A stretch of 63,605 bases of DNA, filler included, from Chrysochromulina tobinii (Eukaryota), in NCBI GenBank assembly GCA_001275005.1. It is 4 parts of 4 records of this genome, joined end to end, with 100 filler letters (N's around TTAATTAATTAA, not from the genome) between each part and the next. Parts side by side here need not be neighbours in the genome. Positions count along the whole stretch, not along the records: positions 1 to 24,820 come from JWZX01001392.1; 3 more parts are not named here. One strand, written 5' to 3'. The notes beneath the pieces were generated by a model. The model saw only the letters and a program-made list of their open reading frames with translations, was not told the origin of the DNA and did no database searches. Made by a program: the position numbers and the translations under genes. Positions 8,077-18,688 of this stretch are shown piece after piece. Position 1 is the first letter of the stretch. Every line of letters starts with the position of its first letter.

Positions 8077-10347
8077 TCACAGACGCAGCTTCTTGTCGAG
8101 CTCGCCTGCCACCATCGCCGCCGCCGAGCTCGAGGTGGGCTCGACATCGGCTTCCTCGGGGTTGGAGTTGCCGGTGCCGGCGGCGAGCTCAGCGAAGGTG
8201 GTCGCCTCCTTCCACAGGCGCTTCCCGAGCACGCCCTCGACGTCGTCGCGGTGGATGACCTCCTTCTGGAGCAGCAGCTGCGCGAGCTGCGCTGCGAGCT
8301 CCTTCTTACTCGTGAGCAGCTCGGTCGTGCGCTCGTACGCCGCGTTGACGAGGTTGCGCACCTCCTCGTCCACCTGCTCCGCCTTCTCTTCCGAGTAGGG
8401 GCGCTGCGAGTCGAACTGCCCATCGCCGCGGGGCGGGAAGGAGAGGTTGCCCACCTTGGCGTTCATGCCGTAGAGCGTCACGATCGAGTACGCAATGCGC
8501 GTCACCTTGCGTAGATCGTCCTGAGCGCCCGTCGAGATCTTGCCGAAGAAGAGTGCCTCGGCAATGCGCCCACCGAGCATCATGCACATCGTATCGACCA
8601 TCATCTCCTTGGTGTGCAGCTTGCGCTCCTTGGGCACGTATTGCGCGTAGCCGAGCGCCGCCGCTCCGCGCGGCACGATCGACACCTTGAGTAGGGGGTT
8701 CGCGTACTTGAGGAACCAGCCGACCGTCGCGTGCCCGGCCTCGTGGTGCGCGACCCTCGTCTTCTCCTCGAGCGAAAGGACCTTGGAGCTACGCTCGAGC
8801 CCTCCGATGACGCGATCCATCGCGGCGTGGAAGTCGGAGAGCTCGACCTGCTCCTTCTTATAGCGCGCCGCGTGCAGCGCCGCCTCGTTGACTACGTTGG
8901 CGATCTCAGCGCCCGAGAAGCCCGGGGTGAGCGACGCGAGGGTCTCGGAGAGCTCCTTGACGTCGCCCCCGAGCCGCAGCTTGGGCAGGTGCACGCGGAA
9001 GATCTCCGCGCGGCCGGTAATGTCCGGCGAGCCCACCTCAATGGTGCGATCGAAGCGCCCTGGGCGCAGCAGCGCCGGGTCGAGCGTGTCGGGTCGATTG
9101 GTGCCGGCAAGCACGACGACCTGCCCCGTGGTGCCGAAACCATCCATCTCGACCAGCAGCTGGTTGAGCGTATTCTCACGCTCGTCGTTGCCGCCCATCA
9201 TGTTGCCACGCCCGCGTGCCTTGCCGATGGCATCGATCTCGTCGATGAACACCTGACGAGACGAAGGCAAACAGGGACCATCAGGGGCCATCAGGGGCCA
9301 CCAATGGCGATCACTCGTGTTTCGATCTCGTATATCGAGCTCGTGTTCGGGTTTCGTCGATCCGCACAATGCACGGCTGCATCGCCTTGGCCTGCGCGAA
9401 GAGATCGCGCACGCGGCTCGGGCCGACGCCCACAAACATCTCAATGAAGTCCGAGCCCGAGACCGACAGGAACGGCACGTTCGCCTCGCCCGCCGTCGCT
9501 TTCGCAAGGAGCGTCTTGCCAGTGCCAGGCGGGCCGACGAGTAGCGCGCCACGCGGGATTTTGGCACCGAGGTCCTCGTAGCGCTTCGGGTTCTTGAGAA
9601 AGTCGACGACCTCCATCACCTCGACCTTGGCCTCGGCCAGCCCCGCCACGTCCTTGAACGTGACGCCCGTCTTCTGCTCCTTGGAGACGATCGTCGGCTT
9701 CGACTTGCCCATCTGGAAGATGTTGCGCCCGCCGCCGCCGCCGCCGCCGCCGCCCATCATGCCGCCGAGGCCGCCGCTCGAGCGCATCATGAAGATCCAG
9801 AAGCCGATGAGCAGCAGCGTCGGCGCAATCTTGAGCAGCTCCTGCGACATGGACGTCTCCGTGTCGTACGTGACCGGTAGGTAGTCGCGAGGCGCGACGC
9901 CAAGGTCGGCCTGCGCCTGCTCCAGCTTCTTCTCGAATCCGTTGACCGACGAGAGCGAGAACCAGTATTGCGCCTGCGCCTGCGGGACGCGCGCGCCCGG
10001 CGGGCCCGTGCTCGTGCGCACGTACACGCGCGCCTTGTTCTTGTTCACGATGACGATGCGCTCCACGCTGCCCGCCTCGAGCAGCTCGCGCCGGAAGTCA
10101 GCAAACGTAATCTCCTGCGGCTCCTGCCGCGTGGGGAGCATCTGGTAGGCGAGCGCCGAGCCGGCGACCAGGCCGATGACGAGCGAGATGGCAGACTGGT
10201 TCGGCCCGCCGTCTTGGCCGAAGAAGCCGCCCAGGCCCGAGCCGGGCGAGGAGCTGCCGCCGCCGCTTGAGGAGGAGCCTCCCGAGCTGCTGGAGCTGCC
10301 ACCGCTGCTGCTGCTGCTGCTGCCGTTGCTGCTGCTGCTGCTGCTAC

Positions 10348-10383
<36 letters not shown>

Positions 10384-10636
10384 CGGACGCGCTGCCCGAG
10401 CTCTCGGCGGCCGAACCAGACGGCTTGCTCGAGCCCTCGGCACTCGTGCTGGCACCCTGCGCCTTGGGCTTGTGCCGGAAGAAGGAGCCAAAGCCCTTGG
10501 GAACCTTCTCGGGTGGCTTGGGCGCCTCCGCCTGACAGAGCAGCCGCCGCGGCGGCGCCAGACGCATAGTCGTCGACGGCGAGCAGACCATTGGCCGCGC
10601 CAGGCGGCAGCTCATCATCCGTCGAGCACCAAGCAT
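8077..10636 (-). CDS. Mitochondrial m-AAA FtsH protease (AFG3/paraplegin-like), one intron 9253-9367
   Basis: Walker [20 protein letters not shown] (Walker B), [15 protein letters not shown] zinc motif, two TM segments and an Arg-rich presequence. Confidence 0.93.
9253..9367 (-). other. Intron, family A-like
   Basis: Minus strand: GTGCGGATCGACGAAAC...CCCCTGATGG repeats...TTTGCCTTCGTCTCGTCAG|GTGTTCATCGACGAGAT. Confidence 0.9.
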
Positions 10637-10988
10637 TTCTTGGACGAGAATGCAGAGCACTTTCCAGGCCTCCAGAGCACTTCGGAAGCACCTGTGAACG
10701 ACCGCATGAATTCCTCGCCGGGCGGACTCATCTCGCCAATCCGGAGCGTCGTCATGAGCACGCGAGAGCACCTCGCTCTCGCACGTCTCCGAGGAGAAGC
10801 AGCGTGTGCCGCTATGCCGCCTCGACCGCGGCCTCGTGGAGCGGTGCGCGCCGCTCGGCCAACGCCCCGGGGCCAGGACGCATCCGCTCGAGTCGCCGCG
10901 CGCGCCGCTTCCGAATCGATCGCTCTCACACTCCTTTGTGTGCTCCGCCGTGTGTTTACAGTCGCCTCACGATGACGCTGGTCGGCCA

Positions 10989-13900
10989 ATGATTTGGGAC
11001 ACGCAACACGGCCGGTGGATGGCGCAGGAGCCCAAGGAGCCCACCGCCGGCCCGCCCTCTCCCAAGCGCCGTGCCACCTCGCCCGCGCGGCCCTCCGTTG
11101 GCCCAGCGCCGCTGCCCATGAACGCGGGTGGCGCGGCGGCTTCTTCCTCATCTTCGGCGCGCCGCGGCATCAAGGGTCACGTGGAGGAGCCGATGAACGC
11201 GGGCGACCCGGAGCTCCCCGGCTGGCTGGTCCTGCAGCGCACCACCAACACCGGCCGCTCATACAAGGTCTTCCACGGCCCGAATGGCGAGTACGCCGAG
11301 TCGAAGCGCCAAGCCATGCTGCTCGCGTCGGGCCAGCCGCTCACCGCCGCGCAACTCGCGTTCAAGAGCAAGCCGGCCCCGCGCGGTGGCGGCTGCGGAA
11401 GCGCGGCCTCGCACGCGTCCGCCCATTCACATTCACATTCACATTCACAGGCGAGCGTGGCCGGCGCGGCGTGGGCCGCGGCGGGTGGTGCGAGGGCAGC
11501 GCTGGCCGCCCATTACGGCGCCGGCCACGCGGCCGCCCTGGACGGCGCGTCACTGAACGGCGCCCATTATGGCGCCAGCTACGGCCCGACCAACGCCTTG
11601 CAGCGCGCGCACGCGCGTGCGGCGATGCTCGACGGCCACCGGAAGGGCGCCGTAATGGGCGGTGGCGGCAGCATACGTGGCAGCATGCGTCTCGGTGGCA
11701 TCAACGGCGCGGGGTACGGCCAGCCGTCGCATGCATCCGACGAGTTTCGTCGTGCGCATGCATCCGACGCGTCCTCCTCGCACGCGTATGACGAAACTCG
11801 TCAGCCTCCCGACCATTCGAACGGCGCGCCCAATGCACGTGCGAGCCTCGGTACGGCGCTGCACCCAAGGCACGAAGCGAGCATCGCATGCTATGCAACG
11901 GCCGGTCGCGTAGCGCCGTATCGGGCGGCGCCGGAGCAGGCGGCGGCGCCGTACCGGGCGGCGCCCGAGGACGACGAGGTCGTGACCGTCGTGTGCATCC
12001 GCGCGGACGACCTGCTTGAGGTGGACGGCGCCCAGTACGGCGCGCCCGCCGCGCCGGTCGCTTCTGCCGCCCAGTACGGCGCGACGGCTGCCGTCAAGAG
12101 CGACGACGCCGCGGCACGTCCGGTGCCGAGGGAGATTGTCAAGCAGGAGGTGCCCGAGACGGCGCCTGCAGCCGCCACGCTGCCAGGCGCTGTGGTGAGC
12201 ATGGAAGAGGTCTCTGCTGCTGCGCCGCCTGCAGCCGTTGACGTGGGCGCTGTGCCGGGCGCTGAGGAGGAGAACGGGCCTCGCTGCTCCTCCACGCTCG
12301 CCTTGCATGCAAATGCTCACCACAGCGCCTCCTCCACGCTCCTCTCGGCGACACGAGGGCCGAGCCGCAAGCAGCGACGGCCGAACGGGATGGCGGGCGG
12401 AGGTGTGAATGGAGGTGTGAATGGACGGATCGACATCAAGCGCTCACGGGTGGGGCCGCGCTTCCAGGCCGTCATGCCGGAGTACGCGGGCCAGCCGCCG
12501 CCGCCGCCGCCGCGTCCTGCCACTCCAGACGGCTGCGTATCTGACGGCGAGCTCGCGCCGGAGGGGGCCGAGGAGGCCGCGGCGGCGGCGAGGGCCGCGG
12601 CGGCGGCGAGGGCCGCGGCGGCGGTCGCCAAGCTGGAGGCCGAGGCGGCCGAGGGGCGCGGCGACCGTGCGGTGTTCATACCGGCGGGTGTGAATGCCGA
12701 AGGGTTGCGAGAGTTTCTCAAGTTGGCCTCCGAGGCATGGAGCTTCCTGCCGTCCTCTTCGCCCCGTGGTAAGGCCAAGGCCAAGGGCGGCAAGCTCGTG
12801 CAGCGCTTTGGGTCGGGCGGGGCCTACGGCCTCGATGCGGCCGCACAGGAGGCTGCCCTCGAGTCGCTGCATGTGAGCGGCTACCAGCCCGAAGTGGCGC
12901 TGGCGCAGCTGCGCGCGACGGCGCCGCCCGCCCCGTGCTGTGAGAGCTGGAGCTATCACGAGCGCCTCCTCTTCGACGGCGGCCTGAACACGAGCGGCAA
13001 GGACTTTGCCGACATGCGGCACACGATCACATCGCGATCGTGCCGCGAGCTCGTCCAATACTTCTACGAGCGCAAGTGCCGCGCGACGCTGGCCGTCGGG
13101 CAGCCTGCATTCATCGAGGCACGCCATCTCGTCCTCAGCTCCCAACGCCGCGGCGTCTCGGGCGCCCCCGCCCGCGGCGTAGAGACGGCATTGCGAGACG
13201 AGGCCGCACATGGCGCCCACCATGGCGCGGTTGCACCCGCCGGCAACGGCCACGGCCACGGCGAGGGCGAGGGCGAGGGCGAGGGTGGCAAGGCCCCCGT
13301 AGGGGGTGAGTCGGAGCCGATAGATGACCTCGACATTGAGGAGAGTGAAGTGCCCTTTGGCGCGCTTGGAGTGGCAGGGGCTCATGCGACGAGTGTCCGG
13401 GGCGATGGCGGCAGGGAGGCGATGGAGGCGGCGCTCAAGGCAGCGCGTCGCGAGAGGATGTCGATGGTGACGCCCGAGGCGACCGTCGAGCCTGTGGTGG
13501 AAGAGGAGGGGGAGGAGGAGGACGAGGAGGCCGAGCGCGACCGAGGCGGCGACGAGGCGGCCGAAATGATCGACGCACAAGAGGCGGAGGAGGCGGAGGA
13601 GGCGGCGGGCGAGGACGAGGAGGCCGAAGAGATGGAGGAGGAAGATGCGGCGGAAGATGCGGCGGAGCTCGCGCCGGAGGACGAGGGCGCCTACGAGGAC
13701 GAAGGGGAGGCGGAGGAGGAAGAGGAGGAGGAGGCTGAGGAGGGTGCCGAGGGCGAGATGGCTGACGGCGAGGAGGAGGTCGTTGATGACGATGACGATG
13801 GCGAGCCCGAGGCTGAGTTGGGGGACGAGGAGGAGGGCGAGGAGGAGGACATGGATCTTCCTAATACGGAGCGCATCAAGGACGACGAGGATGGTGTTCA

Positions 13901-14114
13901 GGTCGGGCCGGCAGAGGATGAGGATGCTCCGCCTGATGGTGCAGATGATGACGATGAGGACGGCGCCGCGGAGGAGGAGGAGGAGGAGGAGGAGGAGGAG
14001 GAGGAGGAGGAAGCCCCAGACGACGCCGAGGCCGATGACCCCGCTGATGATGACATGGCTGGGGGCGACGACGCCGACGAGGATGCTGCCGACGAGGAGG
14101 ACGACGACGCTTAG
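10989..14114 (+). CDS. ELM2-SANT chromatin regulator with N-terminal MBD-like motif and acidic tail; start uncertain
   Basis: SRVGPRFQAVMP (ELM2). WSYHERLLFDGGL..GKDF..SRSCRELVQYFY (SANT). LPGWLVLQR..GRSYKVFHGPNG..ESKRQA (MBD-like). Confidence 0.75.
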   Translation: MIWDTQHGRWMAQEPKEPTAGPPSPKRRATSPARPSVGPAPLPMNAGGAAASSSSSARRGIKGHVEEPMNAGDPELPGWLVLQRTTNTGRSYKVFHGPNGEYAESKRQAMLLASGQPLTAAQLAFKSKPAPRGGGCGSAASHASAHSHSHSHSQASVAGAAWAAAGGARAALAAHYGAGHAAALDGASLNGAHYGASYGPTNALQRAHARAAMLDGHRKGAVMGGGGSIRGSMRLGGINGAGYGQPSHASDEFRRAHASDASSSHAYDETRQPPDHSNGAPNARASLGTALHPRHEASIACYATAGRVAPYRAAPEQAAAPYRAAPEDDEVVTVVCIRADDLLEVDGAQYGAPAAPVASAAQYGATAAVKSDDAAARPVPREIVKQEVPETAPAAATLPGAVVSMEEVSAAAPPAAVDVGAVPGAEEENGPRCSSTLALHANAHHSASSTLLSATRGPSRKQRRPNGMAGGGVNGGVNGRIDIKRSRVGPRFQAVMPEYAGQPPPPPPRPATPDGCVSDGELAPEGAEEAAAAARAAAAARAAAAVAKLEAEAAEGRGDRAVFIPAGVNAEGLREFLKLASEAWSFLPSSSPRGKAKAKGGKLVQRFGSGGAYGLDAAAQEAALESLHVSGYQPEVALAQLRATAPPAPCCESWSYHERLLFDGGLNTSGKDFADMRHTITSRSCRELVQYFYERKCRATLAVGQPAFIEARHLVLSSQRRGVSGAPARGVETALRDEAAHGAHHGAVAPAGNGHGHGEGEGEGEGGKAPVGGESEPIDDLDIEESEVPFGALGVAGAHATSVRGDGGREAMEAALKAARRERMSMVTPEATVEPVVEEEGEEEDEEAERDRGGDEAAEMIDAQEAEEAEEAAGEDEEAEEMEEEDAAEDAAELAPEDEGAYEDEGEAEEEEEEEAEEGAEGEMADGEEEVVDDDDDGEPEAELGDEEEGEEEDMDLPNTERIKDDEDGVQVGPAEDEDAPPDGADDDDEDGAAEEEEEEEEEEEEEEAPDDAEADDPADDDMAGGDDADEDAADEEDDDA

Positions 14115-14566
14115 CCTGAGGACGACGACGCTTAGCCGAGGAGGTGGCCACAGAGTAAGCGCGCGTCGGCGGACCCGGAGCCTGAGAGCCCGCCTCGGTA
14201 TGCCTATTGATGGTTGGTGAAGTTGTATCGTAAGTTTGGTATTATAACCGATGGAGACGCTCGATATGCCCTGGGCTGGGCCATGGTGGCGGACAGTCAC
14301 CGCGCAGGTGACCGGACGTTACTTTGCTCTTTGGCGAGGCGCAATGCCGGCGGGCGCGCACGCGGCCGGCGGGCGCGCGGCCCGCGTAAGTAAGTAAGTA
14401 AGTACGTAAACGCCAAGTGGCAGCGTACACGTGGCGAGGGGGGTACCCAGGCATACAGAGCGTGTACGGTAACCGAGTGCTGGGGCTGATGAAAGCCATC
14501 AGTCAACGCTCAGTGGAGGGCCATGACCCCGTCCTAAGAGGGCAGCCAGTCTCTCATCCGATCTCT

Positions 14567-15631
14567 CTAGTGAGATATCGAATCGGTCCCCGCGAGAATG
14601 CCGGCCACGGTTCCGATCTCTCTAGTGAGATATCGAAGCGCAGCTCTCTCGTTCCCTGAGGCCTTGGGCTCTTGATTTCGCAGCTGTTCGACCCACTGCT
14701 GTGCCTCCCGTTCCCTTTCCTGCCGCTGTAGAGCCGCTAGTCGTCGGTCTGCGCGCGCACTGAGCCACTTGGCGTCTATCTGCACTCGGTGCTCCTGCTG
14801 ATCCCGCTGCTCCTGCTCTGCTATGGCCTGCTGTTGCTGCTGCCTGCTGGTGCTGCTGCCTGCTAGAGCTGTTGCTGCTGCCTGCTGCTGCTGCTGCTCC
14901 TCCTGCTGCTCCTCCCCCTCCTCCTGCTGCTCTTGCTGCTCCTTCTCTTTGTTCTCCTCCTGCTGCTGCCTCTGCTGCTCCCGTTCCTCCTGCTCCTTCT
15001 CCTGCTCCTGCTCTTCCTTGAACCTCTGCTGCAGCCTCCTGCAGACAAGATCGTTCACACTGGCCACCTGCTCGAGGATCGTCTGCAGCTGCTCGAGGGT
15101 CGTCTGCTGCTGCTCGAGGATCGTCTGCTGCTGCCCGATGATCGCCTTCATCCACTCCGCCTTCTGCGTCATCTGCATCGTCCGCATCTTCATCTCCTCA
15201 ATCTGCCTCATATGCTTCTCCGCCAAGTCCGCCATCTGCCTCCTCACCTCCATCTCCATCCTCTTCATCTCAATCATCCGCCTTTGCAGCATGTCCTTCC
15301 TCGCATTCGCGCTCGCGCGTGGCTCCTCGTTGAAGCGCAGCTGCTTGCGCACATCGCCCATCTGCTCGTTGTCGTCGAGCTGCATGTTCAGGTTGTCCAT
15401 CAGGTTCTTGTTCTCGCGCGGGACGCGTTTGTCGCCAGTCGATGGCGTGCAGTTCTTGTCGGTAGTAGAATCCGTCGTACCACTCTGCAGCGGCGACGAC
15501 TTGTACAACGAACGTTTGAATTTGGGTTGATCATGGTCAGGAGCGGTCGCCCCAGCAGGCGAGACGGCCTTATCTTCGCTAGTTCTCGTGCGCGTGATGT
15601 CGGGAGAGGACACGTTATCCGGAAAAGCCAT
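14567..15631 (-). CDS. Hypothetical Q/E-rich coiled-coil protein
   Basis: 354-aa ATG-initiated ORF of low complexity with no recognisable domain. Confidence 0.5.
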   Translation of the reverse strand: MAFPDNVSSPDITRTRTSEDKAVSPAGATAPDHDQPKFKRSLYKSSPLQSGTTDSTTDKNCTPSTGDKRVPRENKNLMDNLNMQLDDNEQMGDVRKQLRFNEEPRASANARKDMLQRRMIEMKRMEMEVRRQMADLAEKHMRQIEEMKMRTMQMTQKAEWMKAIIGQQQTILEQQQTTLEQLQTILEQVASVNDLVCRRLQQRFKEEQEQEKEQEEREQQRQQQEENKEKEQQEQQEEGEEQQEEQQQQQAAATALAGSSTSRQQQQQAIAEQEQRDQQEHRVQIDAKWLSARADRRLAALQRQEREREAQQWVEQLRNQEPKASGNERAALRYLTREIGTVAGILAGTDSISH

Positions 15632-15925
15632 TACAAAAGGGGACGAGGGTTCGTCCCCTGATAGTCAGAACCTTATACGTGAGTGTGAGTTTTGTTACGT
15701 ACCGTACCGGTTAGATTGTATCGTTGTACGCTAGCGTTACGCTAGCATCGAAAATGGCGCGCTGTACTTACGTCTGTTCCAGCTCCGTCGTTTTCGGATT
15801 TCGCGCGCTGCGGCTACGCGGCTTCGCTCTTAATAAGGAGCGCCCACGTGGTCGGCGTCCTCGCACTGCGCTGTGTACGACAGATCGACAGTGTGTGTCA
15901 CACCTCTAGGTACCGACGACATACA

Positions 15926-18484
15926 TCAGTAGAAGCCCTCCTCCACGAGCGTGATCATCCCAGCAAGAGCGCCCCAGTGATAAAACTTGGTTCCCGAGCA
16001 ATCGCCGCCGTGGTCGTCGGCCGTCTTGTGAGGCGAAAAGTTCTCGCAAATGTGCCGGTGCAGCCGCCACTGGCTGAGCATGAGCGCCGTCATCTGCTTG
16101 CACAGCGCCTGACGACCGGCGCGCACCTCGGGCACGTGGTCGTACGCCTGCAGGCTCCAGTACACGAGCTGGGCCATCGGTCCCCACACGTAGCCGCGCC
16201 AGTAGCCGAGCGGCGGGAACGCCGGGTCCGCGCGCTGGATGGACGGCAGCCCCCAGTAGCAATCGTCGTGGTTGCCCGCAAAGTCGCCCTGCGGCGCGAT
16301 GCAAAAGTGCTCCGGGCTGAGCAGCCATTTGGAGATCATCGTCTTCGCCTGCTCGTCGGTGGCGGCGCCCGCCATCATCGCGTAGAAGCTCGTGGGGGAG
16401 ATCCGCCGGTAGAAGGTGCCGTTCCAGAACTGGTTGGTAAAGATTTGGCCGTCGTCATCCCACAAGTAGTTCGCGATGAGTGCGCGCTGCGCCGCCGCGC
16501 GCTCCCTGAGTTCCGCCGCGAGCTCCGGCTTGCCCGCAATGGGTGCGAGAGTCGCAAGCGCCTCGGCCTCCTGCACGAACATCGAGGCCATGCCCACGTC
16601 GTACAGCGCCATCTGCCCGAGGAGCTTCGCGCCCTCGTGCGAGACGTTCTTGACAAAATAGTCTTCGCCATCGTACATCGGGCTATTGTCCAGCCCGCTC
16701 TCGTAGCGCGCGCCCTGCATCGCGCCCGAAGACCAGTCGACGTAGCCATCGTACGTGTCCGAGCCGAGAGAGATGAGGCCCAACGGCCCGAGGGCGCGCG
16801 CGGTCAAGAACCAAGTATTCCACTCGAGCAGGTCTTCGAAAAGCAGCTGTACGAGCCACGCGTCCTTGTACTTGTTGTACATCTCAAGCAGCACCTTGGC
16901 GCCCACGGGTGGCTCCGTCCGGTCGACCGACTTGCTCCCGCCCGCGGAGTAATTGGGCACGAAGCCCGCGGCCGTCTTCGAGCGGATCACCTGGATGAAG
17001 TTGGAGTAGGCGATGGCCTTGCTGCGCGGGTCGAGGCTCGTCATCAGGCTCGCGAAGATGTTGTCCCAGTCAAAGATGACATACGACCAGTCGCTGTTGG
17101 CCGCGCCGCCCACAAAGTCCCACGAGCGCGACACGGGCAGCATTGGCCCGTACTCGGCGGGGTGGTAGATGTAATTCCAGAGCGTCGCGGCCTGCAACGC
17201 CTCCTTGACATCGGCAAAGTCGCCATAGGCCTTGTACCGGTCGAGCTCCGCGTCCCGCATGGCCTGCACGTGCTGGCGCACCTCCTGCAGCGAGGGCGGC
17301 GCACCGTCACCCTCGCGCAGCCCGACGGCGCCGGCGCCAAAGCTAAAGGCGACGTGCGCCGGCCACGTCGCGATGTGGTCAGGTAACTTGAGCTCGGTCG
17401 ACGGGTCGGTCGTGGGCTGGATCACCGTTATACCAGGCACTCCGAGCGGCGCTATCTGGAGAGAGCCCGCGCGAGACGGCCACGCGGACACGGTGCCCAG
17501 CCGGAACCACAAGTACCGAGGTAGCACGACCAGCGCGAAGTCTGAGCAGTTTGCGCCAGCGGCGGAGGATGGCGTGCTCGAGGCGGCGTCGGCGGATGGC
17601 GAGGTCGCGGCGCAGTTGATGGGCTCGGCAATCACGTGGAGGTCAGCTTTACCACCGCTGACTGAGATGCTCACGTTGATCCCCTGGTACCCCAGGTAGA
17701 ACTGCCAGTAGCTCTGGTCCGTCGCGAACACGCCCACGCGCACGCTTGCCTTATCATCCTCTATGTGTGTCTCTTCGAGGCAGCTCTGGGTCGAGAGCTT
17801 GCAGAGCGCCGTGGTGAGCGAGATCGAGTGCGGCAGGCGCACGATGCCAAGCATGTTGTACGACCAAGTGTTCCAGCCTTGCTTGAGCTCATCTTGCAAC
17901 GCGCGCCGCTGCTTCTCGCCCGCCGACGACTCTGCCGAGAGATTCTCCGCCGGGATGGGCATGTGCACCGTCGTGTTCGTTGCGCTCAGCGGGAGCGGCG
18001 CCGACTGTGCTGCCCAGCGCACTGCAAGCGAGGCATCGGGCAGGCTCGTTGCCTTGCCGGTGCTATCCAGCGACGCGCTGTAGATGTGGATGAGGATTGG
18101 CCACGTCTGGCCGGCCTTAACAGGCAATGGGTTGACGACAGTACCGTCCGTGCTTGACACCGACCGCTCACCGAATGGCGGGTTGGTGTGGCATATCAAA
18201 TGGTCGGAGATCCACACCATGACAATCTGGCCACCGGAAAAGTCGCAATCCCATGAATAGTAGCCAGTTCCCTTCTGCGGCCAAGGGGGACTGAGTGTGC
18301 CCGAGAGAGCAGTGGAGCCGCCAGCGGGAATCGAGATGAGCGCGCCGCCTGGCCCTCCCAAGCCCGTGTCGAGGACACTGCTCGAGGTGGGCTTGCCGGA
18401 GAGCGCATTGTTGGCGTACGTCTCGCGAAGCAGCGCGCCCGTCGCGCCGGCCACGCCGAGCACGAGCAGGGTGGGGTACTTCAT
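15926..18484 (-). CDS. Secreted glycoside hydrolase, GH63/trehalase-like (alpha/alpha)6 barrel
   Basis: Signal peptide, IFDWD, YESGLDNSPMYD, YWRGYVWGP, ICENF, FYHWGAL. Confidence 0.85.
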   Translation of the reverse strand: MKYPTLLVLGVAGATGALLRETYANNALSGKPTSSSVLDTGLGGPGGALISIPAGGSTALSGTLSPPWPQKGTGYYSWDCDFSGGQIVMVWISDHLICHTNPPFGERSVSSTDGTVVNPLPVKAGQTWPILIHIYSASLDSTGKATSLPDASLAVRWAAQSAPLPLSATNTTVHMPIPAENLSAESSAGEKQRRALQDELKQGWNTWSYNMLGIVRLPHSISLTTALCKLSTQSCLEETHIEDDKASVRVGVFATDQSYWQFYLGYQGINVSISVSGGKADLHVIAEPINCAATSPSADAASSTPSSAAGANCSDFALVVLPRYLWFRLGTVSAWPSRAGSLQIAPLGVPGITVIQPTTDPSTELKLPDHIATWPAHVAFSFGAGAVGLREGDGAPPSLQEVRQHVQAMRDAELDRYKAYGDFADVKEALQAATLWNYIYHPAEYGPMLPVSRSWDFVGGAANSDWSYVIFDWDNIFASLMTSLDPRSKAIAYSNFIQVIRSKTAAGFVPNYSAGGSKSVDRTEPPVGAKVLLEMYNKYKDAWLVQLLFEDLLEWNTWFLTARALGPLGLISLGSDTYDGYVDWSSGAMQGARYESGLDNSPMYDGEDYFVKNVSHEGAKLLGQMALYDVGMASMFVQEAEALATLAPIAGKPELAAELRERAAAQRALIANYLWDDDGQIFTNQFWNGTFYRRISPTSFYAMMAGAATDEQAKTMISKWLLSPEHFCIAPQGDFAGNHDDCYWGLPSIQRADPAFPPLGYWRGYVWGPMAQLVYWSLQAYDHVPEVRAGRQALCKQMTALMLSQWRLHRHICENFSPHKTADDHGGDCSGTKFYHWGALAGMITLVEEGFY

Positions 18485-18688
18485 AAAGGTGACGAAACAC
18501 CCAAGTGGGCAAGCTAACCAGGCCGATTAGAACACTCATACCCAATTTGTGCAAGAAATCAGAAGCTTTCTCAACCCATCTCTTCGCTGTGAAGAACTTT
18601 AAACCTTTTCCTGTGAAGACGAAAGATTTGTGACGCAAGACGAAAGGCCGAGAAGCGCCACACCCGCGCCGCTCGCGCGCACTTTGCC

